Source: Albugo candida (lineage: Eukaryota). From it: a DNA stretch of 64,000 bases. Each line of letters opens with the position of its first letter. Position 1 is the stretch's first letter. The DNA lies in NCBI GenBank assembly GCA_040437565.1, contig JBDOQK010000027.1, positions 124,001 through 188,000 of the forward strand. Reading direction: 5' to 3'. Below the pieces are notes generated by a model. That model made no database searches, was not told the DNA's origin, and worked only from the letters and a program-made list of their open reading frames with translations. A program made the translations under genes and the position numbers. Shown in pieces: positions 19,921 through 33,145 of this stretch.

Positions 19921-22900
19921 ATGTACCAGATGCCAAACGGCACAACCTGCGCTATGAACTCAAAAGCAGGAATACTGTACAAGTCGAGGCATGGCCTACT
20001 TGGAGAGAAATGGAGTGAAAAATGGGTTTCTATTGACGCTACTCGTCTCCTGTATACAGCAATTACATCCTCTGCCGGCCAGAATTTTCCTAAAATTGCA
20101 AAGTTGGGTCTCACAACCTCAACTTCACCAACTAGTCGCTTCTTTTCCTTCACTGCACCTTCATATCCATCGTCTACGCCGAAATGTCAAGAGTTGCTGC
20201 TTGAAAAGTATACATTAGAATGTAGACATCAGATTGTCTCTCCAATCCAGCGAAGGACCAAGCAACCACACCGGTTTGTCTTCAATCTTGTGCCAAAAGA
20301 CCACGTATGTACTTGAATGTTTCTAAAGTAGCTTCTAGTCATGCTTCAATCGTAGTCGCACAAGACTTACTCTTTTGCATGCGATACAACGGAAGAATTG
20401 GACGAATGGATACGTATTTTACAACGGAATGGAATGGACATGGACCGCTTGCAAACACCTTCCATAGACGTACCCGACACCTCACGTCAACCATCTCAAA
20501 ACCTTGAGTCAGTGAAACAAATTCGTGAGGCTTGGGCGAAATGGCAATCTGAAGAGAATTGTTACGGTGGGATAAAGGCCAGATTTTTACGACACGAATT
20601 AGAGGGAGCAGCTCTGATGCATTCCTTTCAGCAAATTGCAATCAAATTGTCGAGAACTTTAATTGAACAAATTTATTATAACGAACATAGGGCTTCTTTA
20701 TCCCTGGAGTATGAAGAGATTCGTGGTAGCTTAACGCATGAAAAGGAATCACTGCTTGTGTACTCCTGCAATGGTATCACATTTTTTGTACCCAAAAGCG
20801 AGATTTTGGGTCATGATAACGATCATGTCGCCAATAGTCGACACATTGAAGAAGTTTACAAGCTATTTGATTCAGAGATACGTATGGCCTCCCATTTACT
20901 CATGTCACAAGAAAATTTGCGGCAAAGCAAAAATGACGTAGGCATGCTTTTCATTCCATCACAATGTGTAGTAGATTGGATGGGATATCGAATATATGCA
21001 CGAGAAACTGTAGCATCTTTTGGCGAGGAAAAGCTGGAGGAGAGCATCTTTTCCCGTACATTGAAACTAACGAGAGATCAAAATGAACGCAAAGCTCAAT
21101 TGCTACCATTGAAAAACAACGAATTGATATTGCACCTTTTGAATCCTCAGGTTCTTTGCTACTCTCCAACTGGTACAAGTTTCGAAGTCAATGCGTTCAC
21201 AGAGTTCAGGAATCACTTTCGACCAGAGCTTATCCATCGTTTGGGGTTTCTATTTTCGCCCGACTTTTCAAGATCGCATGTCGGGATCACGAAGCAATGT
21301 CATAATCGTGTCATTGATTGTGCATACGATATATGTAGGTGTCAATTAGATACGGCTCTCCCTGCCTTTATGCAAATATTAGAGTTCCAAGTAAGCAGTG
21401 GACGTGTGTACGATAGCCCGTCACTTGAAAACACATTACATCAGCATGGTTTCAATATTCGCTGGTTGGGTTACTGCTATGATTTGTGCACAACAAGACT
21501 TACTCGGCGGCTAATACTAACAGAAATGCTGGCTCGAGCATGTAAGATTCCTTTTCGAAAAGGACTGAGAGACTTTATAGTAAAATGGAAGAAGCAGCAG
21601 GAAGAAACCGAAGAAAAATATATTTTGATACCAAATGAGCCCGTGAAGAGCTTCTACAATATTTTTCTGCACCTAGCATCCAATATGATGAAAATTGAGA
21701 GTCGCCGCTTCTGGGAGAACAAAGTGTTACCGGTGCTTAGAGCTAAATTCAATTCAAATGGCCCGGCCATCACGTTTGACGACATCTGGAGCAACGCGAT
21801 CATACACACTCCTCAATTAATGTCAACGATACATTTTCATCTGCACTATTTACTTCCGAAAGTGAAAAGTTTGTATCGAGCGACAATCTTCCGGGATTAC
21901 AATGAAGGAAGTATGAATCTTGAGAGCAAATTTTGGAATGTCAGACGAAAGCTTTTACTGTTAGAAGCTTGTGGAGATGCCACACACCAATATAAAAGTA
22001 TTCGAGCAAATTTGATGCTGGACGGCTACATGCTATCAAAACTTTTAATTCGGTCAACTAGCGAGCCAAGTGAGAAAAGATGGTATCAAACAATGTCAAC
22101 GCAGCTTCTCGACGTTACCCGAGAAGAATCACCACAGTGGTATACTGCTTATAGCAAATCACAAGCTATGGCTTTGCTCGAGATGCAGAGGCTAATAAAG
22201 GTGGAGGAAGAAGAGGAAAATCATGCAAAGCATGTTCTATCAATTGAAGATGTAGCGATATCGAAAGAGAATGGGAAAGAAAAGCAAGTGGAGACAGCCT
22301 TAATCCCATATGCTGATGTACAAGCTAATTGTACGCTTTGGCTCGGAGAAAATGGCTTAGAACGGTCCCAGTTTGAATGGCTGGAGGCAAGAATGTCCAT
22401 TGAACGACAAGAATTTTCTAGGGCGTCTCACCATCTTGATCGCGGTATTCGCAGCATACAGGAAGCATTCGGTCATGATAGCATTATATACGCTCGTTGC
22501 CGGCACTATCAAGGTGTGGTGCTATCAAAAAGCGACAACTTTCTCGATATTATCGCCGATGCTTTCGAAATTGCCACAAAAGTATACGAAAAAAATTCTT
22601 TGTACATACAAAGTACAAAGGATACGCTTCACAGGCTAGCCAAAGTACTCGAGAAAAGAGGAAATCGAGAAAATGCGTCTGTATTACAAGTGAAAGCGTA
22701 CTGGTTCGCGCAAAAATCGTATAAGGTTGCGGATCACGGAAGTGATCTAAACTTCCGATTACGAACATGTACCCATGTCGCACTTCTCGCACAATCGCTG
22801 GGTTATTCACATGAATGCATTTCCTATTTCCATAAAGCTCTTAAAACAATGCTTAAGATTGGTGTTGNNNNNNNNNNNNNNNNNNNNNNNNNNNNNNNNN

Positions 22901-23776
22901 NNNNNNNNNNNNNNNNNNNNNNNNNNNNNNNNNNNNNNNNNNNNNNNNNNNNNNNNNNNNNNNNNNNCGAGAAAATGCGTCTGTATTACAAGTGAAAGCG
23001 TACTGGTTCGCGCAAAAATCGTATAAGGTTGCGGATCACGGAAGTGATCTAAACTTCCGATTACGAACATGTACCCATGTCGCACTTCTCGCACAATCGC
23101 TAGGTTATTCACATGAATGCATTTACTATTTCCATAAAGCTCTCAAAACAATGCTCAAGATTGGTGTTGAGCAGCGACGAAGTGACTGGGCAATGTCCTG
23201 GATGATTCTTACAGCCGCTTTGTTCAAAGAGATATTTCGATTTGTTTTCTCTGAACATCAAAAGGTATTCATTTTACGCCATGGTATCTTTAATCTCAAC
23301 ACTTTATGCCTTAGGTTCTTCAATGGATTCAGGACGAGGCTGTTAATCGCCTTGATGGATATTTTCGAGATTCAGATTGGAAAGTCAATCCAAAGCTTCT
23401 TCATCATAGTATAGAAATGCAGCTGCTGACATATACCATCAGAACGTTTGTGAAGTTGCAAAAATCTACACGTTCAATTATACACGTCCAAAACTTGGCT
23501 CAAGTGGTAACGGAAGAGCTTATGACGCTACAAACATTGAATAAACGACCCGATTCAGACTTGAGCGACATGAAAGAACGTATCATTGCCGGACCTTCTC
23601 AAATTTTGAATGAGAAATACGTGTCCATACGACCTGTGACAGATGCTGAAATGCTCAAGCAGCAGTCAAGGAACCATTCAAAGTGCACGAAGAATGACGG
23701 TACATTTACTGGCGTAGCTGAAGCAGCCGCCATCTTTTATTTGCTTTGGGGTGTAAACTTTTGCAACCCTGTGTAA
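19921..23776 (+). CDS. PH domain - Clu domain - TPR-like protein (CLUH/Clu1 family-like), multi-exon
   Basis: PH 'KAGILYKSRHGLLGEKWSEKWVSID..LLY' and, after an intron, 'LLFACDTTEELDEWIRIL'; Clu 'FIPSQCVVDWMGYRIYA', 'FRPELI', 'LHQHGFNIRWLG', 'TEMLARACK'; TPR-like helices at the C-terminus. Duplicated across gap 22868-22967. The 3' end is ~23697 or 23776 depending on splicing. Confidence 0.75.
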
Positions 23777-23792
23777 ACATGCATCGCGTAAG

Positions 23793-25112
23793 ATGACCGA
23801 CCGAAGAGACATAACGTTAGACGACGACTATACCTTGGAGATCAAGACAGCAGCAAGCACCAGTTTGAACTGGAAGGCTGATTACGAAGATCATTTAGAA
23901 ATATATAGTTGTGGTTCCGATTCCTTTTCTTGTACTCCGGATGCTACGCAAGACCTCTTACAAGATCAAATACAACCACAGACCTTTACCACATGTACGA
24001 CGTCACCAAAAGCAAACTGCGCCGATTCTACTTGTGAGACTGATAGCGACCATCTTGAACTGAATTGCAAAGAAGTAGAGGAAGAGAAGCTTTTATCTCT
24101 ATTTGGCGCAAATTGGGCATTATCATTAGGCAGGTTAGACATTCGAAATTTACGAAGTCACAAAGATAGAAGTTTTTATCACTTGATCGATAAGGATCTT
24201 CTTTCACCTTCTACATTGGACCTGGATACAGTGCAGGAAGAAAATTTGATCTACAAACGTGCACGTAATTCCGCAACCGAAGGTACCGAAAATTTGAAAT
24301 TGCAAGTTCGTCGTGAAAAAAATTTGGCATCCGTTCGTGAATTTCGCAAGCGTAAAAACAAAAAGATAGAAGAGATGGAATGTAATCTAAAAAAGATGGA
24401 AAATGAAAATGTTGAGTTACGCATGCGGCTAAAGATCGGAAGAGAAGCGATTAGAAAAGAGCAAGAAGATACACGGGCCATCAAGGAACAAATGCAAGAA
24501 ATGTTGAAACGGAACGCGCCTGAGAAAGAAATTGCTACTTTTCTCAATATGTACCGAATCAGCTATACCGACTTTGGTCCAGACCGCCGCGAGAAGCTCA
24601 AGTTTCATATCTCAAAGATTCGAGATTTATTGCTACCGACTCAGGTCACAAAACTTTGCTTGTCTGTCGTCGAGCAAGGAAAGGACATTTGCACGGAAAC
24701 AAACGAAAAAAAAACATCACGACCACCTACACCAAGAAGCACATCTACTTCTGATGCTATATCGTCTTGCTGCTACGACAGCGCAGCGACGAATACATTA
24801 TGGTCAGTCCTTGCTAAAGAACTAGAGATCTCCGAAAATCAAGAAGACCAAATTTTGGAGCGCCGAAATGCCATTGCGCATATTCGTGATGACCTTCACT
24901 ATACCCTGCAAGTTTTAGTTCGATTGGAGAGAGTGATCGAAGAGAAAAACACGACGCTAGCCGCCCAAATCAAACAAATCCAACATGTGTTGACCCCATC
25001 ACAAATCACAAAATTCATAATCTGGGTGAAAGAGAACCCAGCTTTCATGTATATGCTCGACAAACTCGTCGGTACTACCTTGGAGCCAATTAGCAAGTTT
25101 GACGTCAACTAG
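23793..25112 (+). CDS. bZIP transcription factor with a C-terminal helical (DOG1/TGA-like) domain
   Basis: Basic region 'RREKNLASVREFRKRK' (N-x7-R) plus heptad zipper 'MECNLKKMENENVELRMRL'; C-terminal 'LEISENQ...I', 'QHVLTPSQITKFIIWV'. Confidence 0.85.
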   Translation: MTDRRDITLDDDYTLEIKTAASTSLNWKADYEDHLEIYSCGSDSFSCTPDATQDLLQDQIQPQTFTTCTTSPKANCADSTCETDSDHLELNCKEVEEEKLLSLFGANWALSLGRLDIRNLRSHKDRSFYHLIDKDLLSPSTLDLDTVQEENLIYKRARNSATEGTENLKLQVRREKNLASVREFRKRKNKKIEEMECNLKKMENENVELRMRLKIGREAIRKEQEDTRAIKEQMQEMLKRNAPEKEIATFLNMYRISYTDFGPDRREKLKFHISKIRDLLLPTQVTKLCLSVVEQGKDICTETNEKKTSRPPTPRSTSTSDAISSCCYDSAATNTLWSVLAKELEISENQEDQILERRNAIAHIRDDLHYTLQVLVRLERVIEEKNTTLAAQIKQIQHVLTPSQITKFIIWVKENPAFMYMLDKLVGTTLEPISKFDVN

Positions 25113-28100
25113 ATTGTTATGTTTCTCTCGTGATGTCATGCTTGCAAGCTCGAAACAAGAGATCTGGGCAGAACAATAATCAGTGATCAAGGTTCCTGGC
25201 GATTGATTTGTTTTCGCAAATACTGATGAATGTTGATGTTGATTTGTTGCATTTTTATTATACCATCGAAGATTCTAAAGTTGACCAATATGAATAATAT
25301 GTTTACCGAATGACCAAAGATCCAAGCAGCCGAGCCACTGAGACTATATGAAAGTTCAGCTGTCTCTTGTTTTTGCGAGAGAGAAGCCTCAAGCCTTCAC
25401 CTACAGTCACCATTATGCAGCTACACTATTCACGGGTAAGTTGAGGCGATCAAAAGNNNNNNNNNNNNNNNNNNNNNNNNNNNNNNNNNNNNNNNNNNNN
25501 NNNNNNNNNNNNNNNNNNNNNNNNNNNNNNNNNNNNNNNNNNNNNNNNNNNNNNNNTGATGTCATGCTTGCAAGCTCGAAACAAGAGATCTGGGCAGAAC
25601 AATAATCAGTGATCAAGGTTCCTGGCGATTGATTTGTTTTCGCAAATACTGATGAATCTTGATGTTGATTTGTTGCATTTTTATTATACCATCGAAGATT
25701 CTAAAGTTGACCAATATGAATAGTATGTTTATCGAATGACCAAAGATCCAAGCAGCCGAGCCACTGAGACTATATGAAAGTTCAGCTGTCTCTTCTTTTT
25801 GCGAGAGAGAAGCCTCAAGCCTTCAACTACAGTCTCCATTATGCAGCTGCACTAATCACGGGTAAGTTGGGCGATCAAAAGGTAGCCTTAGGCTGAGGGG
25901 ACTGAAAGTTTACTTATGGGGCTCTAGCAGGAATTAGCACCGCGTAGGGTTGAATTTTGTAGTGAATGATTTGCACTCACGGTCAAAACAAGTGAGCTGG
26001 CTTTAAAGAATCATATGTCGACTTCATTAGAAGTTGAATAGCTATCGTCTCTGGATGGAAGTTGAGAGCGGGTATCAACTCATTCAATGCGTTGAATTAT
26101 CCATAAGACTAAAGATATCCTTAACTGTCGGTCCAATCAGGGAGAGTTGTCAAAAAAAGAAGATCAGCGCGCAATTCCTTGTTTATCGGTGTCAGTATTT
26201 CCGCTTAAAATCGATTTAACTTAGCGTGAATTTATCAGTAATCTTGGGTGTAGTCTTCCAAGCGATTGCATCAGTAAATTTGGTGGGTCTTGACGTTTTT
26301 TTCAAATTGATCGTTGTCTCTCGTGCCCCTTGCATGGCCTGCTTTCTTCAGTTACTGAATGTCTCGCTTCAAGTTCGAATGCTGTCAAGCTGAGATGTAT
26401 CTGATATCGATGCGCATGATGACAAAAGTCGCTGATAGAGAGGGGAATAAGGAGTACATAACGTCTAGCGATAGCAAAAGAGCACTGGAGGCTATACTTT
26501 AGTGCACTACATATGTACAATATCCTTGTTGTGTCACCCGTCACAAAAGATAGCGTCAACACCACAGAATGTGATATCCGCAACATCATCATATCTCAAC
26601 TCAATGTCTCTTCGATATTGAAGAATACGAGCGTGGTTAAGGCGACGAGTATGCTGACTATGCGCGCAAGAAAGGNNNNNNNNNNNNNNNNNNNNNNNNN
26701 NNNNNNNNNNNNNNNNNNNNNNNNNNNNNNNNNNNNNNNNNNNNNNNNNNNNNNNNNNNNNNNNNNNNNNNNNNNATCGATGCGCATGATGACAAAAGTC
26801 GCTGATAGAGAGGGGAATAAGGAGTACATAACGTCTAGCGATAGCAAAAGAGCACTGGAGGCTATACTTTAGTGCACTACATATGTACAATATCCTTGTT
26901 GTGTCACCCGTCACAAAAGATAGCGTCAACACCACAGAATGTGATATCCGCAACATCATCATATCTCAACTCAATGTCTCTTCGATATTGAAGAATACGA
27001 GCGTGGTTAAGGCGACGAGTATGCTGACTATGCGCGCAAGAAAGGCATGTGACTAAGGATTGATACAGCTCCAGCCAAGACGAAAACATTGTGGGTATAG
27101 TAGCCTCAACGAATACCAGCGCTTGGTCGAGTTGTGTCTTTGGAACGCCGAACTAGAAAGCGGTTCAAGAATAACCTGCTGAACACGACCTGATGATTTG
27201 AATGAGGGTGTCATCGCTTTACAGTCGAGTTCCAAAGCTGAGTGAAGTAGCCGGATAGTTCTTCTCGCACTTTAGTGAACTGCTGTTGCTCACATCACTG
27301 GGGCATTTGATATAGCTATTTCTCTGTTGAGACGTATCAATGCGATAAAGTAACTACTTCATTGCGATTGTAAACAAAATCAAAAAGAGCTTGATATTGC
27401 TTCTAGAGATCGGTTTTGCAATTCACTTAATTATCATTTTATCCAACTTCTCTTGTAGAAGGAGTGTTTTTCATCGGATATGTGAAACAGACACCGAATT
27501 TGGTCGCTTGCATGAAGGCTTACGTCTATATCTCGACTCATTTGAACAAGGGGTGGTTAGACAACAGCGATTTTTTTTTGCGTCGACACATCAGAGCAAT
27601 CAAGATCGAAATCTGCAATGCACCAGGCACATAGGCAAATACTTCGTTCTGTAATAGGTCGATTTCAGGATCGCGATCAGATTTCATTGTCGCTCAGCCA
27701 GGCTTCGACATTCTAGATTGGGTCGCCACCACGTCATAAGAAGTGAGAAGAGAAGTAACGATACATGCTTACAACTGATACCATTCGGGTGAGCAGCCAA
27801 TTAGCCTATATATCCATTCTGATTCTGGCGTAGGCACGGCAATGTTTTCAGTGTTTTCCCATGCTCATCAGCACAAGACTAGTGGTGAAATACAAAATGA
27901 CTCCACAATATTGCACACATACTTCCATACGCCTGTGTATATTTAAGGTCAACGTTCTAACTGGCAATGCGAAATGTAATAGGAACCTTCAACGCGAAAA
28001 GGTCATAAAAGCACACTCTTACTATATCGTTGCATTGAAATATAGTATACAATTCAAAGAATATTGATTGGCAAGTGCTGCAGGTTTATCGTTGCGAGTT

Positions 28101-28326
28101 CCCAAAGAGGGTATGCATGATACACAAAATGGTGGTCGACATTCCCATAGCTAATAGGAAAATTATTCAGCGCAGTAAGGATGATGTCTAGCTGTACAGT
28201 TTGAGTACTATAACCATTATACTGCACGTCAACAAATTTCATCTGATTGTAAGCCGTAAATAATACCATACCAATGATGTGGGATGGTAGGCAAAGTTTT
28301 AAATGAAGTAAAAATGCATGATCAAG

Positions 28327-29181
28327 TTACGATACAACATGAAGTGCGGCCTCTATTGGTTTGTTTACTTCGCTTTTTTTATGTGGGCTCTCTTCTACAC
28401 TGTGTCGATGATCATAAACGACTTGATCCATCCAAAGGCGTAGTGCTTCCGTCTCAAGTTTTAATTTATCGATTTGAGCAACAGCATCTTGTTGAGCTTT
28501 CTGTAGCAATACCTCTCCCTGCTTTACCTCTTCTCGCAGCAATTCTGTTGCTTCCATAAGCCTATTCTTCTCACCTTGGAGAGCTTTCTGTCTTTCTTCT
28601 TGTATCAACTCGTATGGACTTTGCAGAAGCTGATCTTCGTCCATACTATCACACGATGGGATTGGAAAACCCTCTCCTTGGGAGCTAGTTTGGTTCAGAG
28701 CGTTATATTAGTACTGGAAGATAGCGAAACAAGCTACACAAACAGTTCCAAAGTAGCAGCTCGATATATTTTCCGCTGTTTTGCTCGATTCAGAATACTT
28801 TCGAGTCGATCTAGCTCGTGATTCACGTGGTGCTTGATGCACAGCTCTTCAAAGTCTTGCTATACGCAAATATAACCCTTGAGGACCATTCTTTATTTGG
28901 GACGCATATATTACCTCAATTTTTTTTCTTAAATGATGCAGAGACTGCAAGTATGTCTCCTCTTTCGAGTCAGAATACGTACAGGGCGGCTCGGAGAGAG
29001 TCGTGTATTGATCTTTCGTAGGGAACAGCATTTGTAGTAGCTCGAACTCCGATTCTCCAAATTCTTTCTTCACAATAGAATAAATATCGACATGTAAAGA
29101 TGTGCTTATGGCGGTATCCAAGGCCTTGTGAAGTGCCATTTGTAAGCGCTCCATCCGCAAGGAATCGTGTTGGAGTGCCAT
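28327..29181 (-). CDS. Nnf1/PMF1-like MIS12 kinetochore complex subunit, multi-exon
   Basis: 'MALQHDSLRMERLQMALHKALDT', spliced 'DFEELCIKHHVNHELDRLESILNRAKQR', 'SPYELIQEERQKALQGEKNRL' and a coiled-coil tail match the Nnf1 pattern. Exon boundaries are approximate. Confidence 0.6.
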
Positions 29182-30881
29182 CGCACAATTGCTGGAGTAA
29201 TAACCAATCACAATCATGATATGCTGTGCTTGGAAATCGCGACTTTATTACTGTAGAGATATGTATTTTGCGAGTCTTTATAAATGTATTTATGAAAGTA
29301 ACACAGTGAACCAGCAAAATGGGTGAATGCATCAATGTGACTTCACTAATCGTTCGTTAGTGTAGTTCTTGAATGAATATTTCAGGAGCGCTTATGCTTC
29401 GACGTTGAGTTCGTGTACACTAGCTTGCACTCGCTACTGACTCTTTTCTTCACCTAATGTTCTATATATCGACATGGAAATTTTGTTTGTCAAGTTGCCT
29501 TATTCATGTGCAGTCCTGTGCGAGTCTTGAAAATTGAATGACCGCCAAGACACTTGTTGGCGTTCTAAGTTTATTTCCTGAGCATTTTCAGTGTTGACTG
29601 TGTCCGTCAGGGAATGGGGCTGATTTTTATTCCCATTCGACTAAAACAAAGTCAGAACGGATATTCATACTTCGTCTACAAAATTATCCGTGCAAAATAC
29701 GCTAAAAAGATACCGATTTCAAGAGGTGAATAAGATGTCGCTGTATGGATGAGAATAATGTGCTGTCAGACCCCATCCATGTACAGGAATCGGGATCAAA
29801 ATAGGTATCGCATACACATTGTCAACCTGATTTTGTAAACGAATATGTGAATGGATTTGAAACAATGAATATCGCTTACAAGTTGCCGCATCGTCGAGAA
29901 GTTTGTTGTCGACATCCTATGAATTCCCGCGAGATGAGTCTATTTTCCACTCTTTATGCATGATTCATCTGCTGTACTTGTTCGCATGTAATAGTTGGTC
30001 CTCGATCCTTACGTTGATACCTAGTGAATCTGGGCAGACGAAGATTAGATGCTATCAATCAATCAAACAACCCATCCTCATTGAGCACGAAGAATGAAGA
30101 CGCTATAAGAGATCTCGAAGTTCAATCTGAGGACAACGAAGATCACTCATGAAAACCACAAATCACCCATAGATATCATGATTAGAGGACAACACAATTT
30201 GATGTTTAGACACAAAGCGATGAAAAGTTGCAAAACAGTGTGCTACTCATACTGCTCCGATCGGATGTGGGTGGGAAGCATTGGGTACAGTAGTTAGAGG
30301 GAACGTGACAAGGCATTCAGTGTGATAACCAGAATCTTTCTTTCCAACAAGGCTACCAACCAGTGAAAGTGGCGAAACGAAGCTAATATTCGGATCACCT
30401 TATCTTAGCGCTGATGACCCCTGAGCAATTCAACGCGATTGAGCATCAGCGATTACAGTGCATTTGAATGGAATCAATAAAAACGGTATGACCATGTTCG
30501 ACCACATGTATCACTTTCCTGATCCCGAAAAGAAATCTTCAAGCACAGAAATGGGAGTAGTGATTTGATAAGCCTTTTCATCTTCACTAAGCATCATTGA
30601 TGGTCATTTCAGAACCGTGTTTGATCGCTCCGATTATCAACACTGCACCGAAGAAGTCGAATAGCGTTCCAGAATAGGCTTTTTGCCTGATGTATTGGGC
30701 GCTTGGCATGTACACAACATCCGACTAGTAACATATCTATAATCTAGACGACAATTTCACGTAAAAGAGAAGCTTAGGATGAATTCTCCGATTCAGGATT
30801 CCAATCTGATTACTCCAGAGGATATATGAAGATTATTTGTTTTCATCTCCTCAGGCTATCGAAGCAGTCAACTGGAAAATA

Positions 30882-31224
30882 TGTTGGTGCTGGAACGTCT
30901 GCGGGGTCACTTCAAAATTTCTGACAACGGGTGACTATGGCGTACGCTGTAAATATTTGATGCTATATCGTGAATGATACTGGTCCGCTCGACGGTAATT
31001 TCAAGAATTCAAATTCAAAAGTTGCTAGACTTCGAATAAAGTTGGACTCAGGTCATAAGAAGAAGACCTTCTGTAATTTTGCTGCCGTCAACCGAGCTCG
31101 TGGGAGTGACCAAGCACATGTGAAAATCTGCTCACCACCGATATGAATAAATGCAGCTGCATTTCATTAGTCTGATCCTAGCTCCTTGCCAATTGTTGGA
31201 AACTCGTTTATAATTTTTAGCAAC
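30882..31224 (+). mobile_element. Possible solo LTR
   Basis: About 343 bp bounded by TGTTGGT...AGCAACA (imperfect terminal inverted repeat, TG..CA), with AATAAA near 31146. No matching target-site duplication seen. Confidence 0.35.
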
Positions 31225-31277
31225 ATCTACAACTTACATCGGCAACACTGCCAATCAACTATCAATTTGATGTCATT

Positions 31278-33145
31278 TGGAAGGGTCCGACGATAGAGTT
31301 GGGGATGTGGGCGCACCCTCCGAAGGCAACGTTTCGTCAGCGGGAAAGATACGAGGAGACGTGTCACCAACACACGGCGATATAACAGAAAGTATGTCGG
31401 AAGATCGCCGATATGTATTATGTCATTTAACGACCGTGCAGCTTGAAATTGTGCGGAATCTTGTAGTTTGTAAGCGGGCCGAATACATAGGAAATGTATA
31501 TGGTAACAAGTAAGAATAGTTTCAAATTTACACACAAGAAAAACCCATTAATAGGGTATGAACCTAAGGACGCCTATCGTTCCCATGGGCGCCGAGGGCG
31601 AGCGAACGACAACGGGCGACCGCAACCAGATCGCCGTATCTCCACCTACAGAGATAGCAGAGGCAGCTGCGCGTGAGGTGGGAGATGTATCCAGTAATGT
31701 CAACCTCAAGATAATTGAGACATTGACGGCCATGCAAGAACGCATGGCTCACCTCGAGCTATCGCGGCCCAAGAGAAAAGAGGACTAGCGCATGAAAGGC
31801 GCTCAGGAAACTGGTGTGTTCCAGTCCAGTTTGGAAAAAGTTTCGGATCGTCTCGGATGGAGATGAATGCGATTCTACATACCCTCCATCGGCGCGAGCT
31901 CCTGTACCAAGGGCACCGCATTTCCAGAGCTTAATGTACCGACAGCATCTAAGATATGCCGCCATGAGGCAGAATCACGCTATGCCTCAGGAGGAGATGC
32001 CGCATCGTGCACCTGTTTCGCCTGACTACAACCCAGCTTAGATGTTTCAGTGTGGTGTACCGGATGCTCGACAGAGGAAGCTGTCAATATGATCGCTCGA
32101 TGGTAAAGAGCTCTACGAAAGACTAGGTTCAGGGTTTCTAGACTGGGATCATCATTTCGTTCGCCAGCTCGTGCTGGCTCAGATGCCCTATGGTTTTGAT
32201 TGGTGGGAAGAAGTCAAGCCTGACCTCCGAGGGCGCTATTTGAGTGGCACTGCGGAGCGTTATTATCATAAAAACTTGAGACATGGTGGCAACAGCAGCC
32301 GACGCTGCAACACGTCATGGAAAGACTACACCAGACATTAAAGCAACCATCACTCAAGCCCAGGCAAACAAGTTGACAGCCAGGAAGGACTCGAAGCGGT
32401 GGTGGCCTGAACATTACTTGTATCTCGTCGCAGTCAGTAATGCGACGGGTCGCGCAGAAGCGCTGGCTTTCTAGAATGTTGTCCATTACGCCTCAACTGG
32501 TCTCCGTCATGTACTTATGGCGAAGTAGGACAATAACCGTACAGAATACTTGAGAGACGCCGAGGAGCTGGCGCATTTTGCACAGGCGATTGAAATCGAT
32601 GTGCGTGGCGCCAAGACTACTGGAAAGGACGTTGTGCTATATGTCGGGAATTTGTAGCCAAGACATGAGTGTCGGACGTGCTACAACTGTAACAAAGCTG
32701 GACATACCGCGGCGGACTGCTGTGTCAAAAAGAACAAGGGAGGGGGAAACGGTAATGGACGTGGCGTTCATATGCCTCTCTCTGTAGTAAATTACAAAGA
32801 GATAATTCAAGATCGATGGATTTTGGACAGTCGGTCTGGTCGACACCTTGCCTGCGATGAGCGAATGCTTGAAAAATCCCGCGACTGTGACAACGAGTGC
32901 TTGTTGCCAGATGGACAATCGCTACGTGTGATGAAGGTCAGGTCCGTGCTTCTCCAGGTGACGCCGCTGGTAGACCTTGCACAGTGCGCTTGACTAATGT
33001 TCACCTCGCACCATTAGTCATGAGAAACATTATCTCATATGGAAAGATGGGGAGCAAGGCTTTCAAGCTCATGTATGTAGCCGGTCGTCGGTCAAAGGTA
33101 GATTCCAAGACTGGTACGGTGGTTTTTGACGTTCAGTTGAAGGTG
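31278..33145 (+). mobile_element. Decayed, 3'-truncated Ty1/Copia LTR retrotransposon (5' LTR ~31278-31553, PBS-like site, gag, zinc knuckle, protease)
   Basis: LTR-like segment ends '...CCCATTAATA', followed by a degenerate GGTTATGGGCCCA-type PBS ('gggtatgaacct'). Oomycete Copia gag motifs 'DARQRKL', 'DGKELYERLGSGFLDW', 'WPEHYLYLVAVS', 'AEELAHFAQ'; CX2CX4HX4C knuckle at 32679-32720; protease 'WILDSRSGRHL' at 32817. Many stops and frameshifts; no integrase or RT. Confidence 0.88.

Noticed and set aside
22666-23170. Frameshift or split in the Clu gene
   Set aside because: Caused by the gap and its duplicated flank at a 302-bp offset.
29340-30880. Possible gene or transposon remnant between the Nnf1-like gene and the LTR
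   Set aside because: Only short broken frames with no recognisable motif; a call cannot be supported.
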